From: an uncultured virus (IMG/VR IMGVR_UViG_3300029267_002644) | Taxonomy: Duplodnaviria; Heunggongvirae; Uroviricota; Caudoviricetes | Virus record (IMG/VR): IMGVR_UViG_3300029267_002644 | DNA length: 20,000 bases | Reading direction: 5' to 3' (one strand) | In this document: positions 1-7,886 of the stretch, piece by piece | Layout: each line of letters starts with the position of its first letter | How positions within the stretch are numbered: the first letter of the stretch is position 1 | Notes under the pieces: generated by a model | Database searches by the model: none | The model's input: only the letters and a program-made list of their open reading frames with translations | What the model was told of the DNA's origin: nothing | Translations under genes and position numbers: made by a program

Positions 1-183
1 AAAAAGAATAGAATAAAAGTATTACAAATGAAGCTAAAGAATTATAAACTAGCTCTAAAGAGATGCACAACAACCAAGGATCCGAAATCATGTAAGGTTA
101 AGGTCCAAGAAAAGATTAAGTCAATCACTGCTCAAATCAAAAAAGCAAATAAACAGTTAGCTGAATTAGAGGCGGCTGCATAA
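1..183 (+). CDS. 3' end of a Lys-rich helical protein with a C-x4-DP-x2-C motif; paralog of 196..516 (5'-truncated by the window)
   Basis: Frame 1 is open from base 1: KKNRIKVLQMKLKNYKLALKRCTTTKDPKSCKVKVQEKIKSITAQIKKANKQLAELEAAA, TAA at 181-183. Aligns with the C-terminus of the next ORF (VCFKVKDTEKCKKQFSREISKIQKQI). Confidence 0.8.
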   Translation, partial: KKNRIKVLQMKLKNYKLALKRCTTTKDPKSCKVKVQEKIKSITAQIKKANKQLAELEAAA

Positions 184-195
184 CGGAGTTGTATC

Positions 196-516
196 ATGAA
201 TGATATTGATAAGCATCTTGACAATATTCAAAATGAGTATATTGTTGAGGGTCCAGTAGCTGTAGTTATGAAGATGTTGGGTAAAAAGTCTATAAAGAAT
301 GTTAAGGCTGCTAATAGATTATGTGGTTCTAAATCTGGAGCAGATAAAGCTAAATGTATTGCTGCCATTAGAAAGAAAGCATTAGAAGAAAAGGTTAGAG
401 GATTGCAAGGTGGAATGAAAGTTTGTTTTAAGGTCAAGGATACTGAGAAGTGTAAGAAACAATTTTCTAGAGAGATATCAAAGATACAAAAACAAATAGC
501 TCAACTACCAGCCTAA
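196..516 (+). CDS. Basic helical protein with two Cys pairs; putative internal head protein
   Basis: RBS GGAG upstream. Acidic N-terminus ending YIVE|G, then Lys-rich body with C-x10-C and C-x8-C pairs. Confidence 0.8.
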   Translation: MNDIDKHLDNIQNEYIVEGPVAVVMKMLGKKSIKNVKAANRLCGSKSGADKAKCIAAIRKKALEEKVRGLQGGMKVCFKVKDTEKCKKQFSREISKIQKQIAQLPA

Positions 517-531
517 GAAAGGATTAAGAAA

Positions 532-708
532 ATGGCTCAGATAATATATGAGGAAGTTGAGTTGAATCTTCCACAAGATGTATATGACCAACTAGCTCTT
601 ATTGGTTTACAAAAAATAAAGGATGATAAAGACGCGTTGGTTAACTATGCTGCGGTCTTGTTATTAAGGGAATATCTTGATTCGAAAAAGACTGACCCGG
701 AGGAATAG
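532..708 (+). CDS. 58-aa protein, possibly ribbon-helix-helix (CopG-like); below the ORF-track cutoff
   Basis: AAGGA RBS, ATG at 532, TAG at 706-708. MAQIIYEEVELNLPQDVYDQLALIGLQKIKDDKDALVNYAAVLLLREYLDSKKTDPEE has an alternating strand VELNL-P followed by two helices. Confidence 0.7.
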   Translation: MAQIIYEEVELNLPQDVYDQLALIGLQKIKDDKDALVNYAAVLLLREYLDSKKTDPEE

Positions 709-727
709 ACCAGTCTTCGTTGGAGTC

Positions 728-997
728 TTAATGCTCCAACATACATCTTGCGAAACCAATCTGATCTTCACGTGCATTAAGAGTAGTGAGATGACGAACT
801 GCGAGATGCTTCACGTTTCTCACGTTCTTGACCCCATCCACTCCCAACGCCAGACCAACTGACTTGATGACTTTTTCTTGTTTTTCTTTACTAACGATTT
901 CAGTGAACCAGCTGGTCGCTTCTAAAATTTGTCGTACTGCAGCAAACTTTCCATTAATCACTCTATGGAATTCTGCTTCTTCTAATGTTTTCTTCAT
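728..997 (-). CDS. Hypothetical protein (89 aa)
   Basis: GGAGGTGA RBS upstream; second gene of a minus-strand unit. Confidence 0.75.
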   Translation of the reverse strand: MKKTLEEAEFHRVINGKFAAVRQILEATSWFTEIVSKEKQEKVIKSVGLALGVDGVKNVRNVKHLAVRHLTTLNAREDQIGFARCMLEH

Positions 998-1014
998 GGC
1001 GGGATCACCTCCTG

Positions 1015-1197
1015 TCAGGTGTCTTGTTCCTCCAGAATCATCTCAGCCTTATCACACACGATCTCAGCTTCACGATTCGTCTTCTGGAGTTCGTCCAGAT
1101 CCTTAGACAATCTTTTCAGACGTTTAGCAATATCTGCAAGATCGTCTTTACGTTTCTGGAACATTTGTTTAACCAGCTTAGACCTGCTTAAGGTCAT
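1015..1197 (-). CDS. Small coiled-coil hypothetical protein (60 aa)
   Basis: GGAGGTGT RBS; heptad pattern LADIAKRLKRLSKDLDELQK; directly downstream of promoter motif B. Confidence 0.75.
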   Translation of the reverse strand: MTLSRSKLVKQMFQKRKDDLADIAKRLKRLSKDLDELQKTNREAEIVCDKAEMILEEQDT

Positions 1198-1232
1198 ACC
1201 ACACCTCCATACAAAAGACTACCTTCGCATAA

Positions 1233-1264
1233 TAATATATATACCTTTCGATTTTTTACGGACA
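1233..1264 (-). promoter_or_regulatory. Motif B, full copy (putative early promoter)
   Basis: Minus strand TGTCCGTAAA-AAATCGAAAGG-TATATATATTA; same boxes and 11-nt spacer at 6358-6389 and 14807-14838. Confidence 0.75.
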
Positions 1265-1266
1265 AC

Positions 1267-1294
1267 AAAAAAGAGGGTAACCCCCTTACCCTCT
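1267..1294 (-). terminator. Intrinsic terminator after 1314..1712
   Basis: 9-bp stem AGAGGGTAA/TTACCCTCT (1272-1294), 5-nt loop, followed by a T run on the minus strand. Confidence 0.8.
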
Positions 1295-1313
1295 AGTTCT
1301 TGACGCCGAAGCA

Positions 1314-1712
1314 TCACCCTCCTTTTTTGCCTTGAGGTTCTTCTGTCACCTTGATTATTTGTCTTAGCATTTTTGCAGCTTCTTCGGTCAGGCCTATCAT
1401 TACAATATTGTTGGACTTTACTGCTTGCTTGTATAGCATTTGTAAATGGGTGATGGTGTATATGAATGATGCAAACCATATCGGAGGATCACCTTCAATA
1501 CTCTCTTTGAAGTTATGTTGTTTTAAGAACTCAGCATAATCAGTCTCTAAGACTTTTATGTATTCTTTTAGTTCTTGGAATCTCCAGTTTCCAATACCAG
1601 CTTGAAGGTTGTCCATGTGGGTCAGTTCTTCATATTTATCCCCACAACTACATCTGTCCTCAATGGACCTTTCTACACCACAACACCACCAGGTTTTATC
1701 TGCCATTGTCAC
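1314..1712 (-). CDS. Hypothetical protein with N-terminal Cys cluster (possible small Zn ribbon)
   Basis: AAGGGAG RBS; WWCCG...RCSCG motif; start may be ATG at 1706 rather than GTG at 1712. Confidence 0.75.
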   Translation of the reverse strand: MTMADKTWWCCGVERSIEDRCSCGDKYEELTHMDNLQAGIGNWRFQELKEYIKVLETDYAEFLKQHNFKESIEGDPPIWFASFIYTITHLQMLYKQAVKSNNIVMIGLTEEAAKMLRQIIKVTEEPQGKKGG

Positions 1713-1754
1713 ACTCCCTTCTTTTTAGTACAAACCGTTTCTCTTCATTAGTAA

Positions 1755-1766
1755 GTAATATATATA
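1755..1766 (-). promoter_or_regulatory. Motif B core (TATATATATTAC), without the upstream TGTCCG box
   Basis: Minus strand TATATATATTACTTA, about 45 nt before the 1712 start; identical core at 12363-12374. Confidence 0.65.
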
Positions 1767-1774
1767 GTTTTCGC

Positions 1775-1788
1775 GAACAAATAATAAA
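1775..1788 (+). promoter_or_regulatory. Motif A (putative late promoter)
   Basis: GAACAAA-TA-ATAAA at the head of the 1923-5936 plus-strand block; related copies at 6395, 12378, 13374, 15523. Confidence 0.65.
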
Positions 1789-1922
1789 CCTTTCGTAGTG
1801 TCTGGTTTGTTGTTAAATTTCTATTTTAAAGGGTTTGTGTTATTACACATAACCCATATACCTTTTATATTATGAACGGCGTCCAGAGTCGTCCTTATTT
1901 GTCCTTAGAAGGAGAATGACCT

Positions 1923-2498
1923 ATGTATGAGCACACAGATCTCTATCTTGAGTATATACAAGAAGGGTTTGCGACACCTGCTATGATTACCAAGTTTGGT
2001 GATGCTCTAAAACGAGGCAACTTCAAATTGATGAAGAAAATGTCGGACATGTTTCAAGGACGAGTTGACAAATTATCAGTAGTTGAAGCAAAGCTGAAGA
2101 AACAATATAAAGATTATGATTCACTAAAGAGATTTGCTGTAAGTAAATTAAATCCAAAACTTCCAGATATTTTTAAGCAGGTTTCTGGTGGACTCTTAGC
2201 AGTCATTGGATCAACAACTGACAATCCTAGGAGGACCATTCAAGAGAAGGTTAATGAGATAAACAAAAAGGCTATTCAAGAGGGACGCAAAGTAGCCAAA
2301 TCAATAGCAGTAGACATTGATGTTGAAAAAACAGATGACGAAGGACTGGGTGAGGATCTAGCAGTCTTCATGATGGGAGCTCTTGCAATCATACTATCTA
2401 CTATAGTGGTTGGACTATTTACAGGCGGTCCAGTAATAGTAGTAGGTTATCTCGGTTTTATTGCTTGGATAATTACTATGGCTCTTATATACGGTTAA
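1923..2498 (+). CDS. Helical protein with C-terminal double transmembrane hairpin; putative virion/ejected protein
   Basis: AAGGAGA RBS; N-terminal YLEYIQE|GF; hydrophobic C-terminus LAVFMMGALAIILSTIVVGLFTGGPVIVVGYLGFIAWIITMALIYG. Confidence 0.8.
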   Translation: MYEHTDLYLEYIQEGFATPAMITKFGDALKRGNFKLMKKMSDMFQGRVDKLSVVEAKLKKQYKDYDSLKRFAVSKLNPKLPDIFKQVSGGLLAVIGSTTDNPRRTIQEKVNEINKKAIQEGRKVAKSIAVDIDVEKTDDEGLGEDLAVFMMGALAIILSTIVVGLFTGGPVIVVGYLGFIAWIITMALIYG

Positions 2499-2510
2499 TA
2501 GGAGAGATCA

Positions 2511-2729
2511 ATGGCGACAGGAACATCACTAGTTACTAAAGGATTTATTACTCCTCTCTTTACAACAGTCGCAGGCAGTGGTTCAGGAGGTGACGGCCTT
2601 GTAAGGAAGGATGATGATATTCTTTTTCCGAAAATAATAGTGAACAAATTTAAAATAAGTGAACACGAAGATAAGTCGTTGACGGCAGAGAAACTTAAAG
2701 TCACTTCAGTTAAATTAGTGCTTGATTAG
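2511..2729 (+). CDS. Hypothetical protein (72 aa) with Gly/Ser linker
   Basis: AGGAGA RBS; tight operon spacing. Confidence 0.75.
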   Translation: MATGTSLVTKGFITPLFTTVAGSGSGGDGLVRKDDDILFPKIIVNKFKISEHEDKSLTAEKLKVTSVKLVLD

Positions 2730-2738
2730 GAGATAATT

Positions 2739-3326
2739 ATGGAACAAGAATATCTACAAGAGTTGAAAAACTCTGTCGGTCGTGGAATTAAAAAACAACC
2801 TGTGGAGGAAGGATTTCTACGAGGTGTGTATACAGATGTCAAACATGCTCAACATGCTTTCACAAGTGTTGGTGATTTATTTCATTTAAGGAAAGCGAAA
2901 ATCCTACCACGTGTTAAAAAGGTCCTTAGCAAAACTAAACAGACTGTACAGAAGATGGATTTCACCCCACCCAAAGGAAGATCTCCAATTTTGTCTAATG
3001 CCCAAATGCAAGATAACTGGCGATTCTATTACTTCACTAACGATAAGATATTTAAGACCTGTATGGACAAAGCCAAGAAAGGTCAAGATCCAATCAAATT
3101 TTTCGACCTCAGTTTCAGAGATAAAGTTGCAAACGAATTATATGCGTCAAAATCAACAAACGACGTTCTTAAATTCATCGACAAGTTTGAAAAGCGTGTT
3201 GAGATGGTGCATAAAGCTGCGGAAAAGGACCCTGATAATAGTTCATGGCTTAATTTTTTAAAGCAAGCCATTTATGGTCTCCGTGATTTTGTCATTGCAG
3301 TTGAGAGATTTGTAGCATATAACTAA
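2739..3326 (+). CDS. Hypothetical basic helical protein; putative internal head protein
   Basis: AGGAGA RBS; N-terminal YLQE and VEE|GF motifs similar to 1923..2498. Confidence 0.8.
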   Translation: MEQEYLQELKNSVGRGIKKQPVEEGFLRGVYTDVKHAQHAFTSVGDLFHLRKAKILPRVKKVLSKTKQTVQKMDFTPPKGRSPILSNAQMQDNWRFYYFTNDKIFKTCMDKAKKGQDPIKFFDLSFRDKVANELYASKSTNDVLKFIDKFEKRVEMVHKAAEKDPDNSSWLNFLKQAIYGLRDFVIAVERFVAYN

Positions 3327-3339
3327 AAGAAGGTACACC

Positions 3340-4443
3340 ATGCTTAAATTAAATACTGATGAGAAAAGATCTTTACAATTTGAAGTGAATATACAAGGAA
3401 TTAATCACCAAGAATTGCAGGGTGTTTTAAAATTTGTTGTTGGGGAAGTCGAATATGGTTTCCCAGTAAAGATTTTATCCGACCATATTTCTGTAGATGT
3501 GCCACCACTTGACGACATTGTTAAAGTGGGGTTAACCGAAGGCGAAGTTGTGGATTGTAAACTTGACGTCTTTGGTAACGGGTTTTATCTCAATCCTTGG
3601 AGCGGTCAGTTTAAGCTAAAGACTCCAGTAAGGATGGAAGCTAAAATGAGAATTGCAGATGATATACCTACACTCGCTAAAGAGAAGTCCGTTGAGAAGG
3701 GCATGACAGTAACACTCAAAGAAGAAGATGTCGTGGAACGTCATATCACACAAAAACCTGAGGATACAGAAGAGGAATATGGAGTTGAAGCAAGGGAGGC
3801 TCACGAGCCTGATGTTCCTGTAGCTGGTGTTGATACTGATGACGAGGAAGAGGAAGCGGCTCCAGTTAAACGTCCTATGGAGTCTGGAACAATAGATAAA
3901 GCTGAACTCCTTGACATGCTTGAAGAAGTCCTTGCAAGGAGAGAGCGTAGACGTAAAGAAACTATTAGGAGTAAACCACTGAGGGAGAGTAAGCCAGCAA
4001 TCAAACCAGCTAAGAAGGCTTCTCCCCCTCCTCGGAAGACCAAAAAACAAAAGTTGGTGGAAGTCGTTTCAAAAACTGGTAAGCGGTATAAAGTGACACC
4101 CGATGTGGCAGAGCGTTTACAAGAAGTCTCTAATGTTGTTGATAGAAAACTCAAGAAAAAACCAGTAAAGAAAAAAGTAGTTGAATCAAGGAAACCAAAA
4201 AAGAATGATTATGATCCTCGAAGATTAATGGAATCAAGAGGAATGAAGAATAAAGCAATACAGGATGTCATGATTGAGAAGGCTGAGAGTATTGCTGGTG
4301 ATGATCCCAAAGCTAAATTCTATGCACTTGAGAAACTACTTGGAATTCAAAGGGAAGGAAACTTGCTAGCAGAATATGAGCAGGTCCATGATGCATTGCG
4401 TTTCGCAGGAAAGGTGGAGGGAAGTGAAACGGAGAAAGTGTAA
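3340..4443 (+). CDS. Hypothetical protein: ~105-aa beta-rich N-domain, acidic then Lys/Pro-rich disordered region, helical C-terminus
   Basis: 367-aa ORF with AAGG RBS; repeated x-x-E-S motifs (PMES, LRES, VVES, LMES). Confidence 0.85.
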   Translation: MLKLNTDEKRSLQFEVNIQGINHQELQGVLKFVVGEVEYGFPVKILSDHISVDVPPLDDIVKVGLTEGEVVDCKLDVFGNGFYLNPWSGQFKLKTPVRMEAKMRIADDIPTLAKEKSVEKGMTVTLKEEDVVERHITQKPEDTEEEYGVEAREAHEPDVPVAGVDTDDEEEEAAPVKRPMESGTIDKAELLDMLEEVLARRERRRKETIRSKPLRESKPAIKPAKKASPPPRKTKKQKLVEVVSKTGKRYKVTPDVAERLQEVSNVVDRKLKKKPVKKKVVESRKPKKNDYDPRRLMESRGMKNKAIQDVMIEKAESIAGDDPKAKFYALEKLLGIQREGNLLAEYEQVHDALRFAGKVEGSETEKV

Positions 4444-4699
4444 ACTCTGTAGTGTTAAACGAAAGAAATGGGAAACCGACAATTTTTTTGGTATTGAATG
4501 TAATAGACATTTTGTACCGATGATTGTTTTAAAGGAACATAGGACAGAACTAACGGATGGTGAAAAGCTTCTTGTTAAGAGTTTGATCCAATTACATTAT
4601 CCACGTTGGTATCCAGATGGCTCAAAATCTGACTCTGATGAGCACTGGCATATACATTTGTCGAGGAAAAAATCAAATGAAGACCCTCTTTCTATCTGA
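4424..4699 (+). CDS. HIT-like (histidine triad) protein with N-terminal CxxC
   Basis: GTG at 4424 after GGAGG (better than the 4376 start in the track); CKLC near the N-terminus, MIVLKEH, C-terminal HWHIHL matching H-phi-H-phi-H-phi. Confidence 0.65.
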   Translation: MKRRKCKLCSVKRKKWETDNFFGIECNRHFVPMIVLKEHRTELTDGEKLLVKSLIQLHYPRWYPDGSKSDSDEHWHIHLSRKKSNEDPLSI

Positions 4700-5357
4700 C
4701 CTACATTTAGGTAGTCCATTATTTACGAAAAAGGCTGCCGTTGTTGACCTCATATTATCACCAGAATTTGAAGAGCTTATCCTGGTAGGTGATATTTTCG
4801 ACACATGGGAAGCCAAGATAGAAAAGATTTTTAACGACAACCAAGCATTTATGTCGACTGTCTTTGAGGCCTCAAAGCATATTCCAACAACATTTATCAT
4901 GGGAAACCATGACCCAGATGCTGATATCATTAAAGCAAACTGGCCGTTTGTTGGTGTCCATGAGGAATTTCAATGGAATGGCGGCATGATTACACATGGT
5001 CATCAATTCGATGACCTCATCACTAAGTATTCATGGTTAGCAAAATTTTTATTCACAATTCATTGGATTTGCCAGCGTATTTTCTTTATTAACATTAAAG
5101 CATTTGTCAGAAGAATTCTATATTCAGTAGCTGGGCACAGACAGAAAAAGTATTACACTGAGTTGACACTAGACATTGAGAGGGGAGCAGTGGAAAAATA
5201 CAAAGAATACGCATTTGTGGTAATGGGTCACACTCATCTTCCTAAGAAGGCAGTGAGTGGTGCAACGAAGTATATTAATTGTGGAGATTGGATTCATAAT
5301 CAAACATATGTAATTCACGATTCTGAATCAAAGGAATTCACACTCAATCATTTATAG
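4677..5357 (+). CDS. Calcineurin-like metallophosphoesterase, LpxH/YbbF-like subfamily
   Basis: Motifs SDLHLG, GDIFD, GNHD, HGHQFD, GHTH, YINCGDW; start reassigned to ATG 4677 (GAGG RBS). Substrate not determinable. Confidence 0.9.
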   Translation: MKTLFLSDLHLGSPLFTKKAAVVDLILSPEFEELILVGDIFDTWEAKIEKIFNDNQAFMSTVFEASKHIPTTFIMGNHDPDADIIKANWPFVGVHEEFQWNGGMITHGHQFDDLITKYSWLAKFLFTIHWICQRIFFINIKAFVRRILYSVAGHRQKKYYTELTLDIERGAVEKYKEYAFVVMGHTHLPKKAVSGATKYINCGDWIHNQTYVIHDSESKEFTLNHL

Positions 5358-5373
5358 CGAATGGAGGTGGTCC

Positions 5374-5583
5374 ATGAAATGGATATCCCCACCACCATTC
5401 GAAGACGAGGCAGCAGCTGAAAGTTACTTCTTCACAGCTCTAACCATTATTGCAAGAAACAATAATTGTGAAATAGAAAAAGTTGATCTGAAAAACAATA
5501 TAGTCCACTTATCTGGACCACAAGAAAATCAAGTAGAATGCGCAAAAGAGATCGCAGAAAAACTTAATCAATATTTGAAATAG
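5374..5583 (+). CDS. Hypothetical protein (69 aa), weak degenerate KH-like pattern
   Basis: GGAGGTG RBS; IVHLSGPQENQVECAKEI resembles the last strand-helix of KH folds but there is no GxxG loop. Confidence 0.75.
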   Translation: MKWISPPPFEDEAAAESYFFTALTIIARNNNCEIEKVDLKNNIVHLSGPQENQVECAKEIAEKLNQYLK

Positions 5584-5594
5584 GAGGTTGCGTA

Positions 5595-5936
5595 ATGGAT
5601 ATTAAATCAGGTTGGAAAACAACTGAGTTTTGGACAAGTATCACGACTGCTGTTGCTGGTTTAGCTGTCATGTTGGGATTTATTACCCCGCAAGAATCGG
5701 GGCAGATCCTTGGCGGCTTAACTCAAGCGATTGGTGGTGTAATGACAGTAGTACCGATTGTGGCTTATGCGTGGTCGCGCGGCAAAGCAAAATCAGACAT
5801 TGACTTCTCAAGCATCTTGGGATTCCTTGGAAGCTTTGCTGGGACACCACAATCAAATATAACCGTTGAGCAGATTGAGGAGTTACTCAACAAACTCAAA
5901 GAGGAAGAAGCTCAGACAAAAAAAGTTAAACGTTAA
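5595..5936 (+). CDS. Holin-like two-TM membrane protein
   Basis: AGGAGGT RBS; KSGWKTTEFW N-terminal motif, two hydrophobic segments, YAWSRG, charged C-terminal tail. Confidence 0.65.
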   Translation: MDIKSGWKTTEFWTSITTAVAGLAVMLGFITPQESGQILGGLTQAIGGVMTVVPIVAYAWSRGKAKSDIDFSSILGFLGSFAGTPQSNITVEQIEELLNKLKEEEAQTKKVKR

Positions 5937-5973
5937 AAATAGAGTGGGGAGGGTTGCGCCTCCCCACTTCTCT
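5936..5973. terminator. Hairpin between convergent genes (probable bidirectional terminator)
   Basis: AGTGGGGAGG-GTTGCG-CCTCCCCACT with an A run on the left and TTCTCT on the right. Confidence 0.75.
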
Positions 5974-6314
5974 CATTCACTCCTTCCTTCTAGAGCATTC
6001 TCTACCATCGTTGTTAGTTCCGTCAATGTGAAAGGTTTGTGGAGAATGAATTCTCCGTCCTCTAAGTCACCTGTGCAAATCCTGACAGGTACAGTTCTAA
6101 TTGACTGAATTGCTTTCCTGACTTGAAAACCATCCACCCCTTCCAGATTTTTGTCGACGATGACCAACTCGAACTTATCTGGTGTTTCCTCAAATATAGA
6201 AATTCCGGATTCAGCTGTTTTCGTAATAGTCAACTTATGACCGCTCCGCTCCAGTAACTGCTTATAAACACCAAGGATCATGTCGTCATCGTCGATGATT
6301 AAAATGTGGCACAT
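5973..6314 (-). CDS. Stand-alone response-regulator receiver (CheY-like) domain
   Basis: ILIIDDDD acidic pocket, LVIVD phosphoacceptor with G-x-DG, ICTG Thr, HKPF Lys-Pro; ATG at 6314 after AAGGAG; no output domain. Confidence 0.92.
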   Translation of the reverse strand: MCHILIIDDDDMILGVYKQLLERSGHKLTITKTAESGISIFEETPDKFELVIVDKNLEGVDGFQVRKAIQSIRTVPVRICTGDLEDGEFILHKPFTLTELTTMVENALEGRSE

Positions 6315-6357
6315 AATCAATCTCCTTTGAAAACAATTTTTTCCTTCTTCTAATTAT

Positions 6358-6389
6358 TAATATATATAGAAAATGACTATTTACGGACA
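6358..6389 (-). promoter_or_regulatory. Motif B, full copy
   Basis: Minus strand TGTCCGTAAA-TAGTCATTTTC-TATATATATTA, upstream of the receiver gene. Confidence 0.75.
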
Positions 6390-6394
6390 TACCA

Positions 6395-6410
6395 GAACAA
6401 ATATAAAATA
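6395..6410 (+). promoter_or_regulatory. Motif A (1-nt spacer variant)
   Basis: GAACAAA-T-ATAAAATA about 25 nt before the DHH gene start. Confidence 0.6.
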
Positions 6411-6433
6411 CCCCGCAGAAAGGTTCTTATTGA

Positions 6434-7279
6434 ATGAAATGTTATTACCATACGTCGGACCTGGATGGAAGATGTTCTGGAGCAATTGTTAAACACTATG
6501 AAAGGGACTGTGAATTAGTTCCAATTGATTATGGTTACAAATCAAATCTGAAACATCTCAGAGATGAGATTGTCTATATGGTTGATTTCACGCTAGAACC
6601 ATTTAGTCGGATGATTGATTTAGACAAAAGGACTGATCTTGTATGGATAGATCATCACAAGTCAGCAATCGATGAAGCCAAAAAAAGAGGTTTCGACCCG
6701 ATGGGTTTAAGAGATTGCAGATATGCTGCTTGTGAGTTGACTTGGAAATATTGTTTTCCTAATAAGGACATTCCTTTCGGGGTAAGTTTATTAGGACGGT
6801 ATGATGTATGGGATCATCAATGGTTAATGCAAGGAGATCGAAGTGTTGTATTGATGTTTCAATATGGAATGAGAATACTCGATACGGATCCTTCGTCTCA
6901 GATATGGTCAAAAATACTGGAGTGTGATGATTTATTTATTGACCAAGTTACTACAACAGGAAGGGCAGTAGCACAGTATGTAGAGATCGACAACGAAAGA
7001 TATGCACATGGTTACTCATTTACCACCGAGTTTGAAGGTTATAATTGTATATGTTGCAATCGCGGTATGACAAATTCTAAACTCTTCGACACAATATGGG
7101 ATGAGAAAAGTCATGATCTTATGGTCACTTTCTGCAGAACAAGAAATGCTCTCTGGCTCGTCCACTTATACACAACTCATCGTGCGGTGGACTGTGGCGC
7201 TATCGCCAAGCGACATGGCGGAGGTGGGCACCAAAAAGCTGCTGGCTTTAGATGTAAGAATTTGCCTTTTAGAATCTAG
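6434..7279 (+). CDS. DHH/DHHA1 phosphoesterase (NrnB-like nanoRNase family)
   Basis: YHTSDLDG, MVDF, WIDHH, YDVWD and C-terminal GGGGHQKAAGF motifs. Confidence 0.92.
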   Translation: MKCYYHTSDLDGRCSGAIVKHYERDCELVPIDYGYKSNLKHLRDEIVYMVDFTLEPFSRMIDLDKRTDLVWIDHHKSAIDEAKKRGFDPMGLRDCRYAACELTWKYCFPNKDIPFGVSLLGRYDVWDHQWLMQGDRSVVLMFQYGMRILDTDPSSQIWSKILECDDLFIDQVTTTGRAVAQYVEIDNERYAHGYSFTTEFEGYNCICCNRGMTNSKLFDTIWDEKSHDLMVTFCRTRNALWLVHLYTTHRAVDCGAIAKRHGGGGHQKAAGFRCKNLPFRI

Positions 7280-7291
7280 GAGGGATTTGCA

Positions 7292-7609
7292 ATGGATCTA
7301 ACTGTAATTGACGGCGGATCCCCCAAAAAGATTAAGAAAAAAGATGCTGATGGAAGATTAGCCGTATTTGTAGATCATATGAGGTCCATTGAACAATCAA
7401 TGTCGATGGTTGCTAGAATGGCTGAACAGATTGGATGGGATGAATTAACAAAACGAGCATTGAATAACCACAGGGGGATTCTAGATACATTAGGTTATGT
7501 GAAGCACTACCGTAAGCAGATTATAGAGAATCTCCAAAGCAACGTTCCGAACTTGCAATCAATCCCCGGTGGTAAATTAGAAGGGGAAAAGACTGATGAG
7601 TCAGAATAA
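7292..7609 (+). CDS. Hypothetical helical protein with LxVIxGG-like motifs at both ends
   Basis: AGGAGG RBS; LTVIDGG at the N-terminus, LQSIPGGK near the C-terminus. Confidence 0.8.
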   Translation: MDLTVIDGGSPKKIKKKDADGRLAVFVDHMRSIEQSMSMVARMAEQIGWDELTKRALNNHRGILDTLGYVKHYRKQIIENLQSNVPNLQSIPGGKLEGEKTDESE

Positions 7610-7886
7610 TGATTTAACAATACTTGGATGGAAATTTTGGGACCTATGGCTTCAAAAAATATTTAGAAACGTCGCCTCAATGAAGTTTATATGGTTGTCC
7701 TTTTTGTTCATAGTAGTTGTTTACGGCATGTTCCAGGGTCAGTGGATACAGAATGAATGGGTTGCTAAAATACCACCATCTATTGGTTGTAGTTTGTTAG
7801 GTGGAGGGTTTGTGACGTTAGCAGGAACTAGAATGTATGCAAAAACGAAATTGAGAGAAACAAACGGTGATGATGACCTCACATAG
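7596..7886 (+). CDS. Two-TM membrane protein, possibly holin-like
   Basis: Overlaps the previous stop; SMKF followed by TM1 (IWLSFLFIVVVYGMF), Gly-rich TM2, charged tail. Confidence 0.75.
   Translation: MSQNNDLTILGWKFWDLWLQKIFRNVASMKFIWLSFLFIVVVYGMFQGQWIQNEWVAKIPPSIGCSLLGGGFVTLAGTRMYAKTKLRETNGDDDLT

Noticed and set aside
677..1539. Plus-strand ORFs 677..862, 828..1106, 985..1191, 1019..1303, 1351..1539 and minus 1219..1479
   Set aside because: Shadows of RBS-supported minus-strand genes; some run through the promoter and terminator at 1233-1294.
4376..4676. ORF-track starts at 4376 and 4617
   Set aside because: Deep overlaps with upstream genes; RBS and domain boundaries favour 4424 and 4677.
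4677..5357. Assigning the symbol lpxH
   Set aside because: Has GNHD and generic metallophosphoesterase motifs; subfamily resemblance does not establish lipid A function.
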